DNA of 64,000 nucleotides from Pocillopora damicornis (Eukaryota): NCBI RefSeq assembly GCF_003704095.1, contig NW_020845264.1, positions 1,612,001 to 1,676,000 of the forward strand, read 5' to 3'. Shown piece by piece: positions 53,303 to 64,000 of this stretch (position 1 is its first letter; each line of letters starts with the position of its first letter). The notes under the pieces were generated by a model. It saw only the letters and a program-made list of their open reading frames with translations, ran no database searches and was not told where the DNA came from. The position numbers and the translations under genes were made by a program.

Positions 53303-55343
53303 ATGTTGTCCTTGAAAACTGTACTAAGTAAGAAGTCAGTTTGCGCGTGGGAAATCGTCCGAAGCTGTTGTTTGTGCGGATTTATCTTCCTTGTTCTGTT
53401 GCCGATTTCTGCTTGCGAACCTTCCAGCCTTACTTACGCGAATATTACTGATACCTCCATTCTTTTGCCACTGCAATCTGTGCTTTTTACTTCAAAGCCA
53501 ACTCTCTCTGGCGTAGTACCTCGACAAAGTGTTCGTTCGTCTCAAGAGCTATCAGGCTTGGAAACTGTTATTAATTCTGTTAACGATGGATATATTTCTC
53601 AATTTGGTGTCCTCACAGGAGGCTCCGAAAAACCAACACGCTCAACGCAAGTGTCGTCGTCCGCGAGTTTTAAAACGAATGTTCGACTCTCAGAAGCAAC
53701 ACCACGCAGTCAAATTGTGGGAGAAACACTTCAAAGTGAAAACCGCAGCGCTCAGAGTACAAGAGAAGGAGGTGAAATTTCTATTGAGTCAAAAGCATCG
53801 TATACGAAGCATAGATCAAAAATGGCATCCATTTTGAGCTCGAAACCCGTAGAAGCAAGCGACATGAGAGACAGCAGCCGCTCACGATCAGGATATGAAA
53901 TGATCAGCACATTTGATAAGAGAGTTATCACTAGCACAAAAACATCATCTTCGTTCAGTGATTTTACACCTAAAGGTACTACAGTCATGTCTATCACACC
54001 AACGTTTTTATTTCAGAGTTCTTTTAAGCAGCGACGTAATTTGTCAGAAATCGCGGGGTTTTCGTCAACGATATTGCGCCCTCATGAAAAATTCACTGCC
54101 TTGATTTCCGCATTGACCTCCAATTTGCATGTTACAGATAGCTTGCTTGGCAAAAGTGATTTATCACCGGGAAAAAATCGCAGTAAATCAACATTTTTGT
54201 CGTATTATTCTTCAGGTGATAAGACCCGAACACATAGCATGTCGACGGATCTAAAGCTTCACAAAACTTCTCAACATTCGTCAGCATCCAGTTCACATAC
54301 CGCGGTCATCAAAGAGTCTTTATCAATCACAAGTGTCACTACGTTTCAAGATTCAAGTACCCCCATTCCGAAAGTTTCATCATCGATAACTCTTATTAAA
54401 AGTACCGATGAATTGTACGCTAAACTCACTTCGACATCAAGACATGTCAAACACACGAACACACCATCTCTGACAGAAATGCCTGTGAATTCCATCAAAA
54501 CTACATCAATAATCTCGCTTCCCATAGCAACAACTCATTTTTCATTTACCTCAGCTCAGACGTCGCTTTTGTCTACGGTCGCTGTGCAAGAGAAAGCTCC
54601 ATTAACTTGTAACATAAATAATGTCACTTGCGTTTGTTTTAATTGCGGTGAAGTGCGTCAAAAGGAAGGAATCTGTTGTATGGATCTTGTCGACAATAGG
54701 AAAACTCAACAAGGAGTTCACATTAATATGATTAACATTACAGTTGAGATCTTTTATCCTAAAGTACATGTCGTTTCGAAGATTATCGAAGGAGTGATTT
54801 GGGAATCGTGCATGACGAACTCATCCCTTTGCCTAGGTGAAGAAAAGTTCTTTGAGGCCAAACGTGTTCGTAAGAAGCGTTTGGCACAAAATTTTTTCTT
54901 CAATGACGACTCTCTGTCGGATATTCTAAGGATAAAACGAGATTCAGAATCGGGTCATCATAGCTCACAAATTCATGCATCATCAGTTAATAACGGAGCA
55001 CTTCGTCCTGATATTAAACCCTCTAAAATCAATATCACCCGGGTAGATGTGATAATATACAGTATTTACTCCGTGGCCGGGAATCCAAGTGCAGTTGGAA
55101 CGGCCTTTTACGTCACGGTGACGTCACTTAACAATGGAACCAATCACACGCAAGTTCTTGATGGCAAAGGTTTACTACAAATTCTCAGGAACAAGAGAAA
55201 TGTTCTTGAGAATAAATTAAATATAACTATTGACTCATTCTCAGCTACCATGTCATCTAAAAGCTTGACGCCCGCTTCGACATTGGTTCTTAACCCCTCT
55301 GCCCCAAGCAGGAACCTACAGACACCCTTACCCTTCCCTGAAG
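53303..55343 (+). CDS. Ectodomain unit C: signal peptide - long Ser/Thr-rich mucin-like region - Cys cluster - SEA-like module with basic cleavage loop (one ~2-kb exon)
   Basis: ~680 codons from ATG 53303 (in-frame TAA at 53282 upstream). Hydrophobic leader GFIFLVLLPISA; ~390 aa Ser/Thr-rich; TCNINNVTCVCFNC..ICC; RVRKKR and RIKR sites; AFYVTV..VLDGKGLLQILRNKRNVLENKLNITI. Ends GAA G|GTAAG (phase 1). Confidence 0.88.
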
Positions 55344-56540
55344 GTAAGGAAGTTTTCTTTGGTATAACGTGTTGACTTCGGGAAACGGGAACAGGGTACT
55401 GGGTGCAGGTAGTTAGAGGTACCAGGAATGAATGAGAGAGTGGAGACAGAAGCTTGTGGTGTAGGCCTAAGGACACTTCAATTCCAATAAAACTATTTAT
55501 AGAAAGTCTTTCGAATAGAAGTCTGTTCCGAAGCGTGTATATGAGGTTTGATCTCGATCTGATGTTCATCTGATGAGTGAAAGGTATAAAATGTCGGAGA
55601 GCGAAGATATAGCAAACGTTGATGAAAGAAGGTACAAAGTAGTTCTTGAGCCAGAATTCTAAGTGTGGTGCAGAGAAACAGACTTTCCTGTCCGTCAAGA
55701 AATTAAAACAACTATATTGGAATGGGCTTCTTCTGGCCAACCCTCTGACTGTTCTTCTCTGTTTCCTTTTTATCTCCTATGTCCNNNNNNNNNNNNNNNN
55801 NNNNNNNNNNNNNNNNNNNNNNNNNNNNNNNNNNNNNNNNNNNNNNNNNNNNNNNNNNNNNNNNNNNNNNNNNNNNNNNNNNNNNNNNNNNNNNNNNNNN
55901 NNNNNNNNNNNNNNNNNNNNNNNNNNNNNNNNNNNNNNNNNNNNNNNNNNNNNNNNNNNNNNNNNNNNNNNNNNNNNNNNNNNNNNNNNNNNNNNNNNNN
56001 NNNNNNNNNNNNNNNNCCCCCCCCCCCCCCCCCCTCTCAAGCCTTTAAAAATGACTGGTTTAATAGGACCTGTGATTATTTGTCTCTTAAAAACATCTCT
56101 CAGATATTAAGAATTTCTGTTTGGCATTTTTCATACTATGCTGCGAGGAATCGATTCTTACCTTTCTTAGAGTCTCTTACAATTTTGTACAAGGGCTCGG
56201 GTAAGGTAAATGACTAACAACACTGTTACGTTCTTCAATAAAATTCGAATTATGGAATAGGTCATGGATGATTGAAATTGGCTTTTCGTCAGTCCTTGAC
56301 CAAGCCTGTGGTCAATTATGTTTCAGGGGGCTCAAAATGTCTTGTTCATAAGTTTTGATTGGAGGAGGTCGGTCCATTTTGATTGTATCTTTTAAATTGC
56401 CTCCACGGCCACGATTGATGGCAGGATGCGTCAAATCGCGAGGTTGGCTCCTAACTTTAGAGTTATCAAATGTTCTTGAAAGGCGCAGGAAGCAGTGAAT
56501 GCAATGTGTTGTTTCTCAGAATGATGTTTTTCTGTTTCAG

Positions 56541-56688
56541 TTCCAACCTCCGCCGTGCAGGGAAGCACGGATGGGGATGACGACAAAGGTATTTCCCAGG
56601 GCTTGCTCATCCTCATTATCTCCGCAGCTATCGGGGGCCTGGTACTACTCGTTGTTTTATCCGTGTTCATACTTACTCGCTTTTACAG
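56541..56688 (+). CDS. Single transmembrane exon of the type-I membrane protein locus
   Basis: Acceptor TTTTTCTGTTTCAG, phase 1 in, phase 2 out: (V)PTSAVQGSTDGDDDKGISQG-LLILIISAAIGGLVLLVVLSVFIL-TRFY(R); donor GTCAGT. Confidence 0.9.
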
Positions 56689-57618
56689 GTCAGTGAAAAT
56701 CCTAGGGCGTCTGTGTTGATATTGAAGATGCAGTTTACTCGTTTTTGAGGGGGGTGGAGGAAGGGGGACTGGGTGCTCTAACAGCTCTTCTGTACTAAAA
56801 TTTTCATGAATCTTTGCTATTATATTTTTGTTTTCGTGTGGGTATTCCTTTGATTTCGGTGTTTTGGGAATACTTTCCTGCTAAACTTTATCATTCCATA
56901 CCTTGAAAGCCAAGTCTGGGAGTGAAATTGAGTATTTCGACACAAACGTGTATACGGCCGATTACTCGTGTTCTGGATTATGGACAGAAATATCTGGGTA
57001 AAGGTCCAGTGTCATTGCGTTATGTTCTTTAGCAAAACGCCATACTTTCATGGTACTCCTCAGCATCCTGGAGAATAAATAGGTACCGATGAACTGTTAG
57101 GTAAATCTGCAATATACTGGCGGAGGAGGGGTAGTTTGTGCTGTACTAGCATCTCATTCAATCTTTTCTTCATAAATGCGAATAGTTGGTGCACTTGTCG
57201 TTGTGTTATTGCAAGAACTGTATGTCTTTGTGTCATCTTAAAATGTGGTCGATCCTAAGGGAGGTTTAGGGGACTACGAAACCTTTCCCTCGACTCTATC
57301 ATAGCAAAGATTTACCCAGTTCTTGTCTGACACTTAAATGCTGGTAAATTCTTATCAACTGGCTCATTTTATTTGTAAACCGCAGCTGAAGAGGGGAAAG
57401 GGGGATGTAGGTTGGTCGTGAATCAATTTTGCCCCCCCCTTCCCCCCCTCTCGTCATCAAGTATTCCTGGATCTGCACTTGAATATAAAAATGAAATAAT
57501 GAATAAGATACAATCAAGAAAGGGATTAGATTCTGTATTAATAAAGTTCAATGTGACCTCCTTGGGTCGTGGTGCTCTTTATATCCTTCCTGTTTATCCA
57601 ATTCCTCTTTTTTTTCAG

Positions 57619-57883
57619 ACAAAGAAAAGGAGAGTTCGTACCAGACAAGAATTACCCCACCCCTCACAGTAAACAAAATGGTGAGGCAGTGGATGTCGAC
57701 GACGATGTCGATAACATTGCGTCATTTAATGACGTCATAGACCCGTCCACTCCTCGTATCACAGATGTTCCTCACAAACCCACCAGGGCCCAGTCTTCTT
57801 CAGGAGGGGGTCCAGGCGGCGCTAAAAAATCAAAGAAGCCAATGGGAGTAAAAGTCACATATAAACCACCCAAGTGGGACTAG
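57619..57883 (+). CDS. Cytoplasmic tail exon (tail 1)
   Basis: Acceptor TTTTTTTCAG, phase 2: RQRKGEFVPDKNYPTPHSKQNGEAVDVDDD...VKVTYKPPKWD*; donor CAG|GTGAG 12 nt after the stop. Confidence 0.85.
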
Positions 57884-58485
57884 TTGATAAGGCAGGTGAG
57901 GTTTGACACGCGAGCCAACTAACGCACGTCGCCAGAGCTGACTCCAGTTTCTATAGCACGAATAGTCCATACTAGGAAACTTTCCTTCCATGTTGCATGG
58001 TAAGGGTTAAACCCGAAGGCTGCTGGTGTGCAACTGCTATGTAATGCTTGGAAGGAAGAGTTCTGGACTGGACTTTTGCATTAAGGAATCAGCTGTATTA
58101 TTCTACCCCTTGAATGCCAGTCCATCTCAGATTTCTCCTCCCCTCTAACTCGTCCTGAGTTCATATTAGGCGGCTCAAGCTGCTCCGGTAGTGACGCCGT
58201 AAAAAATGGACTTTCGTCAAAGAATTTCGTCAAAGGTTCGAACGGCACTAAAGCCTTCCTACCGTTCCTCGAGATAGCATAGCATGTGATGACAGTGTTT
58301 AGCAACAGAGAGAAACGTAAATAATTTGCCTTCAGAATTCCCGTTCACAAAATACACAAAATTTGGCGATATCACCTTGATTATTTGTTAATCTCCCAAG
58401 AATGGCCAGGAAATGTAATAGTTTTAAAACGCATATTTAGGGCCGCTTATTAGATCGTTGTGGTTGGAATCCTGCTTTGTTTTAA

Positions 58486-58687
58486 CCCTTTAACTCCAAT
58501 GAGTGACCAAGAGAGAATTTCTCTTTACAATTTCAATACAATATTAACCAGATAAGTGTTGAGAATAAAGAAAAATATCAATTTGGGATAGTTAGTTGAC
58601 CCAATACTAAATTCTCTGAACTAACCCTATAAGATTTGTTTTGTTGACAGTAAGGAGAATTACAAATTTGATCTGGGAGTTAAAGGG
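58486..58687. mobile_element. MITE with TTAA TSDs (same family as 18372-18574)
   Basis: TTAA-CCCTTTAACTCC ... GGAGTTAAAGGG-TTAA. Confidence 0.85.
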
Positions 58688-58891
58688 TTAAGTCTTCCAT
58701 CCTGCTTTGAGAGACCCTCTTTAATGGGCGTGAAAAATTTTTCTACNNNNNNNNNNNNNNNNNNNNNNNNNNNNNNNNNNNNNNNNNNNNNNNNNNNNNN
58801 NNNNNNNNNNNNNNNNNNNNNNNNNNNNNNNNNNNNNNNNNTCTGCATCTTTCATGTTTCATACATAAAGTTCACATTTCTCCTTTTTCAG

Positions 58892-59010
58892 AAAATGTCA
58901 ACGGAATGCAAACGAATACAGGTCATGTTGCAGAGACATTTTGCCCCCTGAAAGGATTGGAAATTTACAAACCAAACTCCGGTCAGCCGGACAGTCCCGT
59001 ACATCTCTAG
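58892..59010 (+). CDS. Candidate alternative cytoplasmic tail exon (or first 3'-UTR exon)
   Basis: Strong acceptor TTTCTCCTTTTTCAG. From the internal phase-1 donor AATG|GTGAGG (57680) it reads ENVNGMQTNTGHVAETFCPLKGLEIYKPNSGQPDSPVHL*. Confidence 0.5.
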
Positions 59011-60029
59011 AGAACGCTAACTTAGTTTACCAACCATTCGGAGACGAGAACTTACGACCATGTGACCAGAATGGACCAATCAGTGACGGGACGACATTCA
59101 TTTTTTTTCACGCTCACTGCTTGTTGATCCATTTTGGTCTCGTGGTCGAAATAAGTGATTCTGAATGGTTGGTAACTTGAACCAATTACAGTGCCTTCGT
59201 TCTGCCTCCAAATAACTTACAGTTTCCTTAAAGCTGTTTGCAGTCTTTTTTGATGTTACGTACCAATAAATGCCGGGCATTTTTTTTATTATTTCATCAA
59301 AATACGGGATAATTTCGACTTTGAAGGCAGACTTTTTAATACAAAAAGAAGGGAAAGGGAATGATTTTGTTGTCCTTTTTGCTAAGCGAATATGCAAAAT
59401 GCCTAGAATTTGAATAAATTAAACCACGAAATTTAATATTATTGATAAGAACATGTTTTTTCTTAATATAAAGTGAATAATTACTCACTATTCAGCGAAG
59501 AATTTTCAATTGTTTTGATAAATAGTACTAGCTTTTTTTTATCCAAATCATTTAAAATTGTTAAAATTCAAGCCACTTGTCGTTGCGAATCTAAAGTTGC
59601 GAAGTCAATGGACAAAAGGCAGTAGCTTTGTTGTGCACAATTATCTTTGAATATCTAAATAATGATGCGAAATTCACCTAATTTCCTTGCTGTAAACCGT
59701 CGTGGTTTATTTTGTTCTGTTTTGCCAATCAGACTGACAATTTTTAAAATCAATTGACCGCTGCTTTAACCCATGAAGAACTCCGTGATATTTCTCAGTT
59801 ACAAAGTTAAGAAGAAGTAAAGTGAAGGTGTTTACCGAAAGTTTGAACGAGAATGTAATTTCCAAGAGCAACGCCCTTTCAAAAGAGAAATTTGATCGTT
59901 TTTTCTCACAATAGTACTTCAATAATAAAAGAACTTTAACTTGAAGGTTAAAATCAAATCTAATTAATTCAGATGTTTGTTAAAATCTCGCAATAAACCT
60001 AAAATCTGACTGAAGAAAGGCTGAAGAAA

Positions 60030-60167
60030 GGATCATTGTCAGTATCTCAGCAGCTGAACATCTACCCCTCCCCCTAAAAAAACATTAAACTTAACTTATT
60101 ATCAGTTGGCTGTTGTTGGGCTAGGGGAGGGGTAGGTGCCCAGTTGCACAGATACTGACATTAATCC
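60030..60167. mobile_element. Palindromic MITE (family of 11826-11957)
   Basis: GGATCATTGTCAGTATCT ... AGATACTGACATTAATCC inverted arms with CTACCCCTCCCC / GGGGAGGGGTAG. Confidence 0.7.
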
Positions 60168-60983
60168 GAAGGAAACATGAAAAAGGGACTGTAGATGTGT
60201 CTATATGGGAACATCTGGTGAGGGCTTTTCTTCAGAAACTCAACAACATCTCGTTTTTTAACCTTTAAACTCCCAAGATCTGATTGTTAGTTCTTCCCTA
60301 TAGCTGCTAAACATTTCGTTGTAAATTATTCGCTAGAATTTAGTGCAAGATCAAGATAACAACTTCTGCCCCATAAGTTTGAGTATTCTCATTACCTGTT
60401 TGCTAAATTTTATTATTATATATAATATTATTATAGGGAGAAGTTAGATGTTAATCACATCTAGGAGTTAAAGAGATAAACCGCTATTGCATCTGATGTT
60501 CTCTGGGATTTAGTATTGTCAATTTTCCACCTAAAATATACTTATAATTTGAAAATTTTTCAGTGAAACCTTGAATTTTTATAAGTGATTATGAAAAATT
60601 ATATTTTAAATTTTATCAGTTTTCAACACTGATTTCTGATCCTTTTTAAAAGGTTGCTGTCTGAGTTAATACAAGTGTGAGCTAACTTCGCGTTGTGACA
60701 TGAACAATAATTAAAAATTGAAAAATTTTTTAAATTTCTGCATCTCCTGTTGATCAAGAGCATATACAATAACTGACTTAAGTTTATATTTTAGCTGAAT
60801 TATACACGCATTCTGATTGGTCCTTATGATCTATTGAAGGATAGATGACGTCACCTTTAACAAGATTTTGCTTTTTTATCATATAGAACAAATTGATTCC
60901 ATGTTGCTGTGGGTCAGTACAGTAGTAGATCACATAAGACGTCGATCGTTTTTTCGAATTTCTCCGAAACGCTTTGGATCTTT

Positions 60984-61322
60984 AGGGACCTTACGCAAAC
61001 TAAGACGCGCGACGACGGCAACGAGGAGGTGGCAAGACGGAATATCTAATGGACAGAACAATAGCCTAGCACGTGCGTTTTAAAACGTTGCGTGTTTCTT
61101 AGCCTCCTCTGCGAGACAACAGCGTCAAATCTTATAGGTTTACTTGAACGAAATCGACGGCAAATTATGCTAATGCTCGCGTAAGTTGTCCGGAAGTTGA
61201 GATGTGGCGAAGGAAGAGACGGTAAACACATCCAACCATTCGCAAAATTCTAACTCAAAATATAACTTCATTTTGTAATTGACGTCCTCATCGGCGTTGC
61301 CGTTCAGGCCGCGTAAGGTCCT
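60984..61322. mobile_element. MITE-like element
   Basis: Inverted ends GGACCTTACGC ... GCGTAAGGTCC with internal ACGGCAACG / CGTTGCCGT. Confidence 0.6.
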
Positions 61323-64000
61323 CACTAATGACACCACTTAAACGTTTACAATTCGCACCGTTGAAGATTACTTTAATTTGCAAAATAAGCGATCACCTAA
61401 TCTCTCGTCTCAGTGTTTTTTAGTTTTAGTGGCCACGGACAATAGACTAAAACCTCAACTCCATTAGGGTTTTCTCCTAATTAACAATAACGATACGTTG
61501 TTTACTGTCTATACCTTGACCTCCGTAAATGTAGATTTTGGTGTCTGAAAACAAATATACCCCCTCAAAGATTCCTGTTATAGAGGACTTCCTTGAAGCG
61601 ACTAACTTTCCAAAACACCTTTCACCGTAAATGTTTATCAGACTTCAAAGCGACATGCCGCCGTCAAAACAACTAGCTGACCCATTTAACTTCACCTCCG
61701 CACACAGTATAAGAAAATTGTTTTTCATGGAAGTGTTCGGGGCTCCAAGAGTACTCCTGGCGTTTATTCACTTTAAAAGTAAACAATTAAAACTAAGCTG
61801 CATGATGAATTAGGCAAAAAAATCAAAGTCGAGTACGCCGTATCTTCCAAAAGTAACTCCTCAAGGAATTGTCAATAATACATTGGTGCCCTTTCAACTT
61901 GACGTTCCATAATCAATCGGGGCAGAGTTTCTCAAAATAAATAAAAACTAGAACTAATTTGATTATCGTAACTGTAACATGTAAATACACATTTTGGAGT
62001 CCTGATAAAAAGTGACCATTATCCCAAGAAGGGAAGAGGAGATACAAAGCCATTAGCCATTGACACTTAAATTAACTTCCTCTTATTTCTACTTACACTC
62101 GAATTCGCGCTGTATTAATAATGAATACTGTCTACTGCTAGCATCTTCTCAATTTTCCCGAAACAGCATAAAAATTGATCCTTAAAACTGAAAATTCAAA
62201 ACAAATTTTTCGAATAAGGAACTTAATGCTTTCAGTTTTGGTAAGCGGGTCAAATGCTTCTTTTTTCTGCTTTCAAACAACGAAAAATAAACTTTGACAA
62301 TATAATCCTGAATATGCCATATGCTTTTTATCATTTTACTCAAACAGCGATTTTTAGTAGGGAGCATCAAGTGGAAAGATCTGTTTTAGGCGTGAACCTA
62401 TTTTTGTTAAATGTTACACCTTGAACCAGGATGATTTTAATTTAATAAAAGTAAACTACTCCTTGGAAAAAGTCTGAATTTATTACTTCTTCCAAAACCT
62501 TTTGGCTTTAGACAGTATTTCTTTGTACTTGTGTTATCTCTTCATTCATGTGGGAGGGGTTCAGCCCGAAAAAACAAAGTAGCGTGTAGCAGTTATGCAC
62601 AGTTTGAAGAAATTAGAATCGAAAAAGAACACACTTCTCAAATGAAGTAATTTATTCGAAAAATACTCGCGTGCGTAGGTGGGTCGAGTGAAATCGGTTA
62701 ATGTTAGGCTGGGGGCCAATATGAGTTATCAACCGGCAAATAAATGCATGCGTAGGCCGTAGAATGTACGAAAAAACTAAATGATGACTCACAACAGTTC
62801 ACTTTACAGTCATAAAATGAGTTTATATGCCTTGAAGTAATAAATTGATGTGATATATTTGAACCTCCAAAACAAAAGAAGCAGTAAATAATTTTGTAAT
62901 TTAAAAGGGAAACTTCTGCGAAAGTGAAATCAATGCTAAGGGATATCGGTGCGTTTGGATATTTCACTTCATTTTTTTTCCGTTTTTCGCATGCTGTGGA
63001 AACTGACCGAAACGAAACTGCTCTCAACCTGAGTACACAACAATAAACTACGGAAGTAAAATTCAGATTGCAAATGGCGAAGTGGAAAATTAGCACGAGC
63101 TAACTGTAATATAGCACCTTTAATTTAAGATGTGATAATAACAGCACTGTGCTTTTGTAACTTCTTTTATGTTTAAGTTAAACTTACTGGGTCATTGGAC
63201 GGTCTTAAGCCAATAAAGAACTCGAGTCAGCCAATGGTCTTTTAAGGTTTTGCCAAGGTTTGAATAAAAAGGTATAATACATGTACATGTGGCACTTGAT
63301 GTTTTATATTTTTTCGCCTTCTGGGTTCTGAAACAATCACCTCTTCAATCTCAATACTCCATCTTCGTGTAATGTAGGCAGTGAGTGACTGGAATCATAT
63401 TTATACTCTGTAGAGTCTTAACCACACCTTGCGTTCAGATTTTACCATACTCTGAACGCTAGGTGTATTTGCTATTAAATCCTTTTGAATATAAGGAGCA
63501 AATTTACATCGAAGGTTAAAAATGAAACGAAAAAGGCTTGTACACAGATTACTTACAATTCGCCCTATTGGTGAAAGAGTAGGCAAGAAAGATTTTATGA
63601 TTCAAATTACTTGCTTGACATTTCGAGTTGTTAATTATTGATGCTCGGATAATTACAGTTTGAGACAATCTGATTGAATAAATGCACTACTAAGAATGGT
63701 TCCACACCTTACTCAGAATATACCTTGACTTTTACAAGTCCTAATTTTTCACTTAATTGCACGAGTGCGACCAGATAATGTGAGGTACTTATTGTTTCAA
63801 AAGGGCAATTCCGCGTGGCATTTTACCCAAACGCAGCCAAGACTGTTCGAGAAAATAGAAACGATTGTTGTCCAATATTTTCTTCCGAAAACTTTTTAGA
63901 GCATTCCTAATTGTCTATGTACAGAATTTGATCAAAAGAACTCAACAAACACTCTTGCCTTGAGCTGTTTATCGTATTCCTAAGCTTTCCTTTTTCTTTT

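Noticed and set aside
55144-55740. 198-aa minus-strand ORF
   Set aside because: Antisense to the unit C exon and intron, with no recognisable protein features.
55646-56217. ORFs spanning N-runs (also at 14035-14362, 48984-49353, 58660-58951)
   Set aside because: Artefacts of assembly gaps being read as open codons.
29050-57883. Naming the plus-strand locus neurexin, agrin, dystroglycan or ADGRD1
   Set aside because: It shares modules with each, but the domain order, ShKT inserts and single TM (no GAIN/7TM) fit none; no gene symbol assigned.

Overview
AT-rich, intron-rich animal genomic DNA from a draft assembly with five N-gaps. Gene content and repeat landscape suggest a stony coral or another anthozoan (inference). 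Minus strand: the 5' part of a TRAK/Milton (HAP1_N) kinesin adaptor that runs off the window start; an acidic-repeat ORF ending in a domain resembling domain 4 of cholesterol-dependent cytolysins (CDC); and a nearly complete multi-exon ERp44 (CRFS active site, RDEL end). Plus strand 29-59 kb: three separate signal-peptide-bearing ectodomain units (A: LamG-EGF-ShKT-Ser/Thr stalk-follistatin; B: LamG-EGF-ShKT; C: mucin + SEA-like). Each ends in a phase-1 splice donor, and all lie upstream of a single phase-1 transmembrane exon followed by two or three splice-compatible cytoplasmic tails. This is a candidate neurexin/protocadherin-style combinatorial receptor locus. The rest is MITEs, SINE-like and Penelope-like fragments, a pogo/Tigger derivative and microsatellites. 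Exon boundaries and translations were derived by hand from GT/AG sites and reading-frame phase; no database search was run.
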